NCBI GenBank assembly: GCA_946412355.1
Contig: CAMKGX010000004.1
Span: 476-64,475 of the forward strand
Source of the DNA: an uncultured Clostridia bacterium
GTDB lineage: Bacteria > Bacillota > Clostridia > Oscillospirales > Oscillospiraceae
Length of the DNA: 64,000 nt
Direction of reading: 5' to 3'
Shown piece after piece: positions 54,922-63,278 of the stretch (its first letter is position 1; each line of letters begins with the position of its first letter). The notes beneath the pieces are model-generated. The model was not told where the DNA came from, did not search any database, and was given only the letters and a program-made list of their open reading frames with translations. The translations under genes were made by a program, and so were the position numbers.

Positions 54922-54936
54922 AATCAGTTATCGACT

Positions 54937-55434
54937 ATTTGAGACCCCTACAGAATTACACTGCTCTCAAACGTTCAGGCTCTTGCCCACGTTTCTGCCG
55001 AGGTTTGAGACCCCTACAGAATTACACTGCTCTCAAACGACCATTTGTTGACCACGGCACAATTTTCCGTTTGAGACCCCTACAGAATTACACTGCTCTC
55101 AAACCCCGCGACCATGCTGATTTTGAAAAGCGCCGTTTGAGACCCCTACAGAATTACACTGCTCTCAAACCACCTCACAGCTGCAGGCATACGTTTGCAA
55201 GTTTGAGACCCCTACAGAATTACACTGCTCCCAAACTCACGGGCAGTATCAGCCAGCGGGATATGGGTTTGAGACCCCTACAGAATTACACTGCTCTCAA
55301 ACCGTGATTTATTTACCCCTGCTGCGATTGCCGTTTGAGACCCCTACAGAATCACACTGCTCTCAAACGTTGACGGCCTTTGCTAATAGGCAAAGGGAGT
55401 TTGAGACCCCTACAGAATTGCACTGCTCTCAAAC
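54937..55434 (-). CRISPR. Type II-A CRISPR array: 8 repeats of 36 bp, 7 spacers of 30 bp
   Basis: Repeat (minus sense) GTTTGAGAGCAGTGTAATTCTGTAGGGGTCTCAAAC at 54937, 55003, 55069, 55135, 55201, 55267, 55333 and 55399 (66-bp period); terminal repeat at 54937 is degenerate. Confidence 0.98.
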
Positions 55435-55508
55435 CTCAAATCCTGACCTACGTCGGGAAAAGCGGGCTGTACCGCCGGGGCTTGGAGGCATACAGGGTCT
55501 CAAATCCG
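55435..55508 (-). promoter_or_regulatory. CRISPR leader ending in the ATTTGAG leader-anchoring motif
   Basis: Minus strand reads GGATTTGAG immediately before the first GTTTGAGAG repeat, as in many type II-A loci. Confidence 0.8.
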
Positions 55509-55670
55509 TCAGCAAATTTCGCAGAGGGACTCGTCTACGATGTACCTCTGCTCTCCGGGCAGCTTTGCGTGTTCGCAGCTGTCCAGCAGAACAGCATTAT
55601 AACCGTGCCGGAGCGCAGAATCAAGAAACAATTCTGCATCCCGGTCGGCAATCAGACTGCGCCAGCTCAT
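55509..55670 (-). pseudogene. cas1::csn2 in-frame deletion scar (53 codons)
   Basis: ATG overlaps the cas9 stop and reads MSWRS (type II Cas1-like start); the rest, ..ELFLDSALRHGYNAVLLDS..RYIVDESLCEIC*, resembles a Csn2 C-terminus. Confidence 0.8.
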
Positions 55671-58600
55671 ACCAGCTCCAAGAGGTTCCCGGATTGCTTC
55701 TCCCACAGGCCGGAGGCGGAGACGTCGATCACCCGCACATCGGAGTAGTTCTTTTTCCAATTAGACGCTGTGGTACTGAAGTTGACTGTTGCCGCAGCTT
55801 TTCCGGCCCCTCCAATGGCTGTCAAATCACATCCTCCGGCAATGCGCCCAAAGACCTGATGGATGTTCAGCAATGCCTTTGCTTGCTCCGGAACTGTCAA
55901 GGAGCGGAAGGCTTCCTGCCCGTCGCGGAGGATTTCTGTGGGCGGATTGACGCGCTTTCGGTAGATAGAAGACTCCAGCTTTGTAAGATACAGCTCGTAC
56001 AATGCCAGGTTTTTCTCGGCAGACACCTTGTCGTAAGTCTCGTCAAACATATAGGACGGGTTTTTGCTTACTTTTTCGGCCAGCATCTCCAACTTCTTGA
56101 GATAGAATTGCCAGAACGGCGCATCGGAGAATTGCACAATAGGTTGGACAATCAGGGATTTCCCCTTACTGGAGCTGCCGGAAATACACACCCGGAAGCC
56201 ATCCAGCGACAACACGGTGTTGATCTTCCAGGGACGCATCCCCAGAGGGAAGGACACCTCGTCCACCGGCTTGCCCAGAATCCGTCCTACGCGATCCTTC
56301 GCATACTCCCGGGCAAAAGCTTCATCTTCAAGGAATCTCTGCCCGTGGAGAAGCTCCACCGGCATGATAAAAAGCTCCGCCTTTTTCCCTGCCCTGTAAC
56401 GCACAGGGATAAAGAACATGACGCTGGCGCTATTATATCCACCGTATTTCTCCGGGGGCAAATCCTTCTTGCGAGGCACAAGGCCCGCAGAGGGGGAGTA
56501 GATCGTCTGGTCAAACAATTTTCCGGTCTTAAAGAAAGCGTATTTGCTGAAGTGTGCCGTATTCTTCACGGCAGTGGCCTTGACCTTGGCAAGCATCCCC
56601 TCGCCGTCCCAGACCGTCCTGCCGCCGGCGATCACCGGGTTGGTAAAGAGGGTCTTCGTCTTGATGCTGTACTTGCTGTGAACGTCGAAGTTCGGGGTGA
56701 ACTTTGCGTGATACACATTGCCGGTGACAATGTTCAAGTAGGCGTCAACGGCGTGGTGCAGGTCGTTGAAGGCGCGGGATTTCAGCAGCTCAAATTCCTG
56801 GCGGAATTCAGAGGTGAGCCGTGCCTTACAGTAGACGATTTCCGCATCCGGATAGCGTTCTTTCAGCAGCGTGGCCACCGCCTTGGCGGACTGGGAGGTT
56901 TCCGTGAGCTGCCGGTTGATAAAGCCGCGCCGCTCCTCATCCGTGAATGGAGTTTCGCGGGTCAGACGCCGGTATTTTTCCTCGCTGATCAATTCAGCGT
57001 CCTTCAGGTATTTCCAGAAGCCTGCCCTCACCTGGCGGATCTCACTCTTTATAGGATAGTCATCGCTCTTGGCTCCGTTCTCCGTGGAGAGCACCAGCAC
57101 CTTATTGTTGATGATGCTGTCGTCTTTTACGTAGGCCTGCGGATAAATGTGGTCAATGTCGTACTTCTTGGTCCACAGCTTCTCCAGACTGATGGGCGTA
57201 TCGCTGTACATGGACTTGCCCAACTGGCGATAATAGAGAAACAGCTTATCGCTTTGCAGACGGCTGTCAGCGCTGTCACCCATCGCTTCCAACTCCTGCC
57301 GAAGCCGCGGGACATCCTCGTGCCGGCAGTGGTCGTAGAGTTCCATCAGCTGCTGGTAGCGGGACTTGGTGCGTTTGCCCTTCTGATCCTCTCGCGCCCC
57401 ACGAGTCATCTCCACAAAAATCTTTTTCGGGGTGCCGAATGCCTTCGTGACGTCCTTGACGATATCCAGCGTCCTGTAAACAGAGCGCTTCACAGTGCTA
57501 GACAGATACATAGCGTCCATGCGTTCGGAAAGACTCTGGGGGTTGTGGGCATAGTATTCGCGCTGCGCAGCCTCGATTTCGGCGGCAAACGTGAATCGGT
57601 CAGAAAGGAGCTCCATCAGGTTGCACTGGGTACGCCACAATGCGTCAATGACGGTGAAGGCTTCGCCGGTATCCTTCGATGCGCCCATAAGTTCCGCCAG
57701 GAAAGCCCGGGAAAGGCGGCCAAAATCCTTCCATCGCTGTAAGCAAAGGTAACGGCGATTCTCCTCGCTCAAATCGGGATACTCCCGCTCCAGCCACTTT
57801 GCCAGACGCGTCTTGTCCTCGGCATAAGATGCCCGCTCAACAATGCGTTCTGCGTCGTGCTCGGTCAGCGCACCGGCCTCCAGCAGCCGCTTAAATGCCA
57901 TCTGCGGCGCCAGATTGGATTTGATTTCCTCGTCAATGCCACTGACGCTGTCCTCCTCGCCCCTGGCGATGACTCCCTCTGAAAGCAGGTAATCCAGCAG
58001 CTTCTTCCGGGTGACTTTCTTTTTGCAGAGGAACAGCTCGCTGTAAATCCGCTGCTTCAGGTCAACTGAAATCCGAACACCGTTGATGCGGAGGTTGTTG
58101 ATTTCATTGAGCACGGTGAACTTGTGGTACAGCAGGGAGTCCTTGGGGAGCACATCTTCGCCCGGCAGATAGGCGCACTTTCCTGTCAGGTTCCGGATAA
58201 AGGCGTCCTCGCTGGCATCCAGATCCACCATCTGTTCAAAATTCCAAGGGTAGATTTTCCCCGGCTTGCGTACGACCCACGCATGCGCTGAGGCCGTGTT
58301 CAACGGCCCCACATAGTAGGGGATGCGGAACAGGAAAATGGATTCAATCTTGTCGGCTACCGTCAACCCCTGGCTATCAGCCTGAGCCAGGAAGGGGAGG
58401 TAGCGCTGTGCGTTGGCCAGGATTTTTTTAAGCTCGAACCAGTATAGCTGGTGGGGGATAACCCGGTTATCCCCATCACGTTGCTTGGGCATGAAAGTGC
58501 GCAGCCCGAGGCGCTCCTTCATGTCCGCAAATTCAGCCTGGTCCTCAGCATCGGGTGTGATATCCTTGATAGAGGCAAGAACGTATTTGGAGAATGCCTC

Positions 58601-59731
58601 TTTGTCTTTCCTCTTCAAATCGGATGTGTTCTTGCTATCCGTGTGATAGGAGTACGCAACGTAGTTGTCCTGCCCAACGGCGCGGAACATGGCATCATAT
58701 CGCTCCGGACAGTATTTGCGGATTACCTTCTTCAAGAAGGCAAGATCCGCCCGGTGTTGCTCATAGGTGTGCACCTTTGCTGCGGAAATCGTGTCAAACG
58801 CTCCGATTGCATCCACCAGCACAGACCAGTCGTATACGCTGCGCAAGGCGGTAATCAGCTCGAAGTCATCACCGAGCTTCGCTGCCAGCTCACCCAACTT
58901 ATCATCGTCCCATGCCAGTGAGACAGAGCCCAGCTCGCCGTAACCTTCCCGTCCGGGGAATAGTTCTTTCACTTGACGGGTTCCGCCGGCGAGAAGCTTG
59001 ATAATGGCTGCCTGGCTGAACGGAAACCCCTCCGTGCCATCCTTCGGAGCCTTGGCACCGCCCAGAAGAGCAGCCGTAAGCTCTTTTTCTTTCGCTGTAA
59101 CGCCTATATGCTTGCGCAGAGCGGCGGACACCTTTTCCTCATCTGCCCCATCCCAGGGATAGAGATAGTCCCGGTCATCAAAGAATTTGCGGAACGAAGT
59201 ATAGGTACCGGAAAAGCTCTTGAGTTCAGCAAGACTGTTTTTATCAATGTTGCTGAGAAAATGTCCGCGGTGTGCCGCGAGCCAGGCACAGGCAAGATAG
59301 ACCAGCCGCACATCGTGGGGGCGGGCATCGTTCATCAAATCACAAATCAGGTGGTGGATGGTAGGATATTGGGTGTAGTACTCCACATCCGTATAGCCTG
59401 CATCATTAAACAGAGAGAACTGCTGACCCGACTCATCACGGAACAGCGCACTTTCGCGCAGCCGCTTGAAAAATCCCGGATCGACCTTGGCGATCTCCTC
59501 CGCAAAAAGCTCCTGCGTCAGCAAAACCCGCTGCTGCCGCCGATCGAGGCGGCGTCTTCCGGTGCGAAAGCCACGCCGAGCGGCATTGAGTTCTGCCGCA
59601 TCGAAAACCTGTACACCCCAGGCTGGCTCCCCGTGGAATTTTAAGAGAGAATACTGCTCGTCCGTCACAGCGTAACCCACAGAGTCAGTACCGATATCCA
59701 GACCGAGATAAAAGTTTTTTTGCCCGCTCAT
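55667..59731 (-). CDS. cas9: Type II-A CRISPR effector Cas9 (1354 aa)
   Basis: RuvC-I LGLDIGTDSVG, Arg-rich bridge helix, RIPYYVGPL, RuvC-II IFVEMTR, HNH YDIDHIYPQ..NNKVL..N..K, RuvC-III HHAVDAYL; all catalytic residues present; GGAGG RBS before ATG 59731. Confidence 0.98.
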   Translation of the reverse strand: MSGQKNFYLGLDIGTDSVGYAVTDEQYSLLKFHGEPAWGVQVFDAAELNAARRGFRTGRRRLDRRQQRVLLTQELFAEEIAKVDPGFFKRLRESALFRDESGQQFSLFNDAGYTDVEYYTQYPTIHHLICDLMNDARPHDVRLVYLACAWLAAHRGHFLSNIDKNSLAELKSFSGTYTSFRKFFDDRDYLYPWDGADEEKVSAALRKHIGVTAKEKELTAALLGGAKAPKDGTEGFPFSQAAIIKLLAGGTRQVKELFPGREGYGELGSVSLAWDDDKLGELAAKLGDDFELITALRSVYDWSVLVDAIGAFDTISAAKVHTYEQHRADLAFLKKVIRKYCPERYDAMFRAVGQDNYVAYSYHTDSKNTSDLKRKDKEAFSKYVLASIKDITPDAEDQAEFADMKERLGLRTFMPKQRDGDNRVIPHQLYWFELKKILANAQRYLPFLAQADSQGLTVADKIESIFLFRIPYYVGPLNTASAHAWVVRKPGKIYPWNFEQMVDLDASEDAFIRNLTGKCAYLPGEDVLPKDSLLYHKFTVLNEINNLRINGVRISVDLKQRIYSELFLCKKKVTRKKLLDYLLSEGVIARGEEDSVSGIDEEIKSNLAPQMAFKRLLEAGALTEHDAERIVERASYAEDKTRLAKWLEREYPDLSEENRRYLCLQRWKDFGRLSRAFLAELMGASKDTGEAFTVIDALWRTQCNLMELLSDRFTFAAEIEAAQREYYAHNPQSLSERMDAMYLSSTVKRSVYRTLDIVKDVTKAFGTPKKIFVEMTRGAREDQKGKRTKSRYQQLMELYDHCRHEDVPRLRQELEAMGDSADSRLQSDKLFLYYRQLGKSMYSDTPISLEKLWTKKYDIDHIYPQAYVKDDSIINNKVLVLSTENGAKSDDYPIKSEIRQVRAGFWKYLKDAELISEEKYRRLTRETPFTDEERRGFINRQLTETSQSAKAVATLLKERYPDAEIVYCKARLTSEFRQEFELLKSRAFNDLHHAVDAYLNIVTGNVYHAKFTPNFDVHSKYSIKTKTLFTNPVIAGGRTVWDGEGMLAKVKATAVKNTAHFSKYAFFKTGKLFDQTIYSPSAGLVPRKKDLPPEKYGGYNSASVMFFIPVRYRAGKKAELFIMPVELLHGQRFLEDEAFAREYAKDRVGRILGKPVDEVSFPLGMRPWKINTVLSLDGFRVCISGSSSKGKSLIVQPIVQFSDAPFWQFYLKKLEMLAEKVSKNPSYMFDETYDKVSAEKNLALYELYLTKLESSIYRKRVNPPTEILRDGQEAFRSLTVPEQAKALLNIHQVFGRIAGGCDLTAIGGAGKAAATVNFSTTASNWKKNYSDVRVIDVSASGLWEKQSGNLLELV

Positions 59732-59732
59732 C

Positions 59733-59761
59733 TTGACAACCTCCCTAAACCGTCGTATTAT
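59733..59761 (+). promoter_or_regulatory. tracrRNA promoter
   Basis: TTGACA-17 bp-TATTAT directly upstream of the anti-repeat. Confidence 0.75.
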
Positions 59762-59768
59762 GACCATG

Positions 59769-59889
59769 CAGTTTGGTAGACCCCTACAGAATTGCGCTGT
59801 GAGTTCAAATAAAAGTTAACTCAAACCGTTGGGCTTGCCCAACCGCACAGTGTGTGCACGAAGGACTTCTTCAGTGAAGTCCTTTTTTT
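59769..59889 (+). ncRNA. tracrRNA
   Basis: Anti-repeat GTTTGGTAGACCCCTACAGAATTGCGCTGTGAGTTCAAAT, nexus-like AAATAAAAGTTAACTCAAACCG, two hairpins, then terminator AAGGACTTC-TTCAGT-GAAGTCCTTTTTTT. Confidence 0.9.
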
Positions 59890-60104
59890 ATTTCTCAAAC
59901 AGATGCGGGGTTTTCGCATCCCTGTGGTATTTCTCTTATTTTAGCATATCAATTCGATAATATCTTCTTTTCGTTTTATATCACTTCTTTCGATACTATT
60001 ATAACCATCACATTCCAACGACACAAGAGACAAAGACCAAAAGCTTAGATACAAATGAGATAAACAATCACGTAAAAAGTATTATTTTGAAAAGCCATCT
60101 ACAA

Positions 60105-60146
60105 GCAAGAGCCCGACAAATCGAATGGGATTTGTCGGGCTCTTGC
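60105..60146 (-). terminator. Long hairpin terminating the LacI fusion gene
   Basis: GCAAGAGCCCGACAAATC-GAATGG-GATTTGTCGGGCTCTTGC. Confidence 0.75.
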
Positions 60147-60158
60147 TATTTGTACACT

Positions 60159-62084
60159 TTATTGCTTCGTTATTGCTGACAGAGAGTAATCCCCGCTAAA
60201 AAGATCATCCAGCAGGTCGGGACTGATAATTGCGTTCTGCACGCCCTCCTTGGACACGCTGTAGGAAGCGGCGATCGTAGCAAGTTTAATGGATGTGTCT
60301 ATGTCGTTCCCTTTTGAGAGTTGTGCCGCAAGGCAGCTGATGAAAATGTCGCTTGCGCCTGTTGCATCTACAGACGGGAAATCCACAGCAGGATAAGCGC
60401 GCATCTCATCCTTTCTTGCATACAGGCAACCTTTATCAGCCAACGTGATAATCACGTTCTCAACACCTTGATTAAGGAAAGCCTTTGCCTGTCCCTCCGG
60501 GGAGAGATCCGGAGCAATGATATCAGCTTCCTCTTGATTAGGGATCAGCAGGAACAGACCGTCTAGCAGTTCCGCGGAAAGCTCCTGCGCGGGAGAGGGC
60601 TTCAGGATCACCTTCACGTTGAGTTCTTTGCAGAGCCGAATGATTGCTTTTACTGTCTCGAGCGGGATCTCCATCTGTACCAGGCAATACTGAGCTTCCG
60701 CAAAGATAGAGCGATTATTTTCTATATATTCAGGCGTCACAGAGGCGTTAGCGCCGGGATTGACAACGATCGTGTTTTGACCATCGCTCTGAACATTGAT
60801 GAACGCCGTGCCGGAGAGTTGATCCTGCGAAAAGCTGACGCCCTGCATGTTGACCTGCTCGCGTGTCAGGCGCTCGAAAAGCTGCTTCCCGTACAAGTCG
60901 TTGCCGAGACGTCCTACCATAAATGCATCCGCTCCAAAGCGGCTGACACCGATGGCCTGGTTGGCTCCTTTGCCACCGGGCCATGAACTTTGCCCGGAAG
61001 CAAGAACGGTTTCCCCGCTGTGCGGTAGCCTCGTCACATTCAGTGTGACGTCCATGTTGATACTGCCCACAATGACAATCTTATGCTTCGGCTTCGCGTG
61101 GCGCTTAACACTCTCACGCCGGATCAGCTGCACAGGAAGGTTGGTAGCAAACGCAGGGGCCTGGTTGCCGTTGATCTGAGAAATGAGTGTTTCAACGGCA
61201 AGGCGCGCCAGCTCGTTCACATCGGTTTTCACAGAGGTGACTGTCGGAGAAAGTTGCTCCATGAGGGGGCTGTCCTCCAGACAGATAACCGAAATATCAT
61301 CCGGGATCTTATATTGTTTCTGAGAAAGAATGCGATAGGTTTCACCGGCCGATGCGCTGTCCTGGCATACAACAGCATCAATCCCCGCGTCAATTAAGTT
61401 GCCAAGCTGATACCCAAATTCATCACCGGTCAAGACCAAAAGCTGATCGTCAAATGGAGCTCTGTAAGAAGAGAGCCCGGTTTTATACCCGGAAATAACT
61501 CTATCTCGTGTATCAGAGGAGGTGCTGCTTTGCAGGACAAGTGCGATTCTACGATGATTATTCTTCAATAGATACGCTGTGCCTGTTTCTGAGGCAGCAG
61601 CAAAATCACGGCTTAACTGCGGAAAAGGAAGATTGGCATACGCAGAATCCAGCAGAACTACGCTGCCGATATTACAATCGTCGTTACACAGAAATGAAAC
61701 GCTTTCGGGATCGCAGGGGAAAACCAGCATTCCAGCAATATACGCCTCGCTCAGTTCGGAGAAGATCGTCTTTTCGTTTTCTGACCGGCCAGAGGAGGAT
61801 TGTACCGTTAAGGCAAAGCCTTGGCTCCGTGCAAGGCTTTGAACTCTGTCAGCAAAATCAGAAAGAAAGGTGTCCTTTAACGAGGGCATAACAAGAGCGA
61901 TCTGATTGTTTTGAGAGAGCAGCCTCCCGCGGACACCGGCATAGGGGATATAGTTACTTTGCTCTATGACCTGCAGCACACGCTGCCGCGTTTCTTCGCT
62001 GATGCGGGCGTCCTTCTGGTTAATAACCAGAGAGACCGTTGACGGGGAAACGCCTGCTGCTTTCGCTATATCTTTAATCGTCAC
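60159..62084 (-). CDS. LacI-family regulator fused to a C-terminal PfkB/ribokinase-like domain
   Basis: MTIKDIAKAAGVSPSTVS HTH, periplasmic-binding-type core, then VGSINMD, PGGKGANQA, LIPNQEEA, DATGASD. Confidence 0.9.
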   Translation of the reverse strand: MTIKDIAKAAGVSPSTVSLVINQKDARISEETRQRVLQVIEQSNYIPYAGVRGRLLSQNNQIALVMPSLKDTFLSDFADRVQSLARSQGFALTVQSSSGRSENEKTIFSELSEAYIAGMLVFPCDPESVSFLCNDDCNIGSVVLLDSAYANLPFPQLSRDFAAASETGTAYLLKNNHRRIALVLQSSTSSDTRDRVISGYKTGLSSYRAPFDDQLLVLTGDEFGYQLGNLIDAGIDAVVCQDSASAGETYRILSQKQYKIPDDISVICLEDSPLMEQLSPTVTSVKTDVNELARLAVETLISQINGNQAPAFATNLPVQLIRRESVKRHAKPKHKIVIVGSINMDVTLNVTRLPHSGETVLASGQSSWPGGKGANQAIGVSRFGADAFMVGRLGNDLYGKQLFERLTREQVNMQGVSFSQDQLSGTAFINVQSDGQNTIVVNPGANASVTPEYIENNRSIFAEAQYCLVQMEIPLETVKAIIRLCKELNVKVILKPSPAQELSAELLDGLFLLIPNQEEADIIAPDLSPEGQAKAFLNQGVENVIITLADKGCLYARKDEMRAYPAVDFPSVDATGASDIFISCLAAQLSKGNDIDTSIKLATIAASYSVSKEGVQNAIISPDLLDDLFSGDYSLSAITKQ

Positions 62085-62249
62085 ACGAATGCCCCCTTCA
62101 AACCATTGGGAAGTCTGTTCTTTTGTATCATCTTACATGAACTTTCTGCACTTGTCGAGATGATTTTTAAATCATTGGGCAAAATAAACAATTTTATTAG
62201 ATGGATTTACTTAAAAACATAGAAATTGAGGTCGAGACTGAAATCGTAC

Positions 62250-62278
62250 TTGAAAACAACGTCGCAGTTTGCTAAATT
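62250..62278 (+). promoter_or_regulatory. Promoter of the ribokinase-ABC operon
   Basis: TTGAAA-17 bp-TAAATT with TGn. Confidence 0.55.
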
Positions 62279-62342
62279 GAAGATGTAAAATGATTTTAAT
62301 AAAATAATTTAACAAGAATTACTGAGGAAAGGATGCCTGCCT

Positions 62343-63278
62343 ATGAGAGTCCTTGTCTTTGGATCAGCCAATATAGATCGCACATATGCCGTCGAGCACT
62401 TTGTAAATGCAGGAGAAACGCTTTCCGCAGATAAGATGGACTTACACTGCGGCGGCAAAGGATTCAATCAAGCCATTGCCTTTGCCAGAGCCGGGAGTGA
62501 TGTGTACTTTGCCGGTGCGGTCGGAGAAGACGGCGGCATGCTCATCGACACATTAAAAGAAAATGGCGTCAATGTCGATCATCTGAAGCAAGTCCCAGGG
62601 CCGAGCGGCCATGCAGTGATCCAAGTCACACCGGAGGGGCAGAACAGCATCATCATTCTTGCCGGAGCAAACGGCGAGATAACACACGAAGATGTTGATC
62701 AGGTTCTCAAAGCGTTTTCATCTGGTGACCTTGTCGTATTGCAGAATGAGATTTCAAGCGTCGATTACATCATTGACCAGGCAAAAGAACGCGGCATGAT
62801 CATCGCTCTGAATCCCTCCCCGTTTAATGATAGAATCAAAACCTACGATCTTTCAAAGGTTGACTATCTGCTGGTAAATGAGGTCGAGGGCGCGCTTTTG
62901 ACAGACTGTGACGATCCGAAGAAGATGGTAGGCGCAATTCATGCGAAGTATCCTAATGCGAATGTCGTTCTGACACTTGGCTGTGCCGGATCCGTTTTCG
63001 TGAGTGCAACCGGAACAGTGCTTAGCTCAGGAATCTATCAGACTGAAGCGGTGGACACAACAGCTGCCGGTGATACATACACAGGGTTCTTCCTTTCGGA
63101 AGCGGTAAAAAGCGGAGATATCAAAGTGGCTTTGAAAACAGCGGCGATTGCAAGCGGCATATCCGTTTCCCGACCCGGAGCCTCGCAGTCTATTCCTAGT
63201 ATTCAAGAGGTCATGAAAGCGGACGAAAAAAAACTTACCGCTTTTTCTGCATCAACCTGCAAGGAGGTCAAAGTATGA
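62343..63278 (+). CDS. rbsK: Ribokinase / PfkB family sugar kinase
   Basis: GSANID, GGKGFNQA, LQNE, NPSP, VNEVE, DTTAAGDT. Confidence 0.88.
   Translation: MRVLVFGSANIDRTYAVEHFVNAGETLSADKMDLHCGGKGFNQAIAFARAGSDVYFAGAVGEDGGMLIDTLKENGVNVDHLKQVPGPSGHAVIQVTPEGQNSIIILAGANGEITHEDVDQVLKAFSSGDLVVLQNEISSVDYIIDQAKERGMIIALNPSPFNDRIKTYDLSKVDYLLVNEVEGALLTDCDDPKKMVGAIHAKYPNANVVLTLGCAGSVFVSATGTVLSSGIYQTEAVDTTAAGDTYTGFFLSEAVKSGDIKVALKTAAIASGISVSRPGASQSIPSIQEVMKADEKKLTAFSASTCKEVKV

Noticed and set aside
54939-55307. 122-aa repetitive ORF (RPLQNYTALK repeats)
   Set aside because: Translation of the CRISPR array; the 66-bp period keeps the frame open by chance.
60084-60095. 12-bp match (ATTTTGAAAAGC) to the spacer at 55105-55134
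   Set aside because: About one 12-mer match is expected by chance for seven spacers in 64 kb, and it falls in the PAM-distal part of the guide; not evidence of self-targeting.
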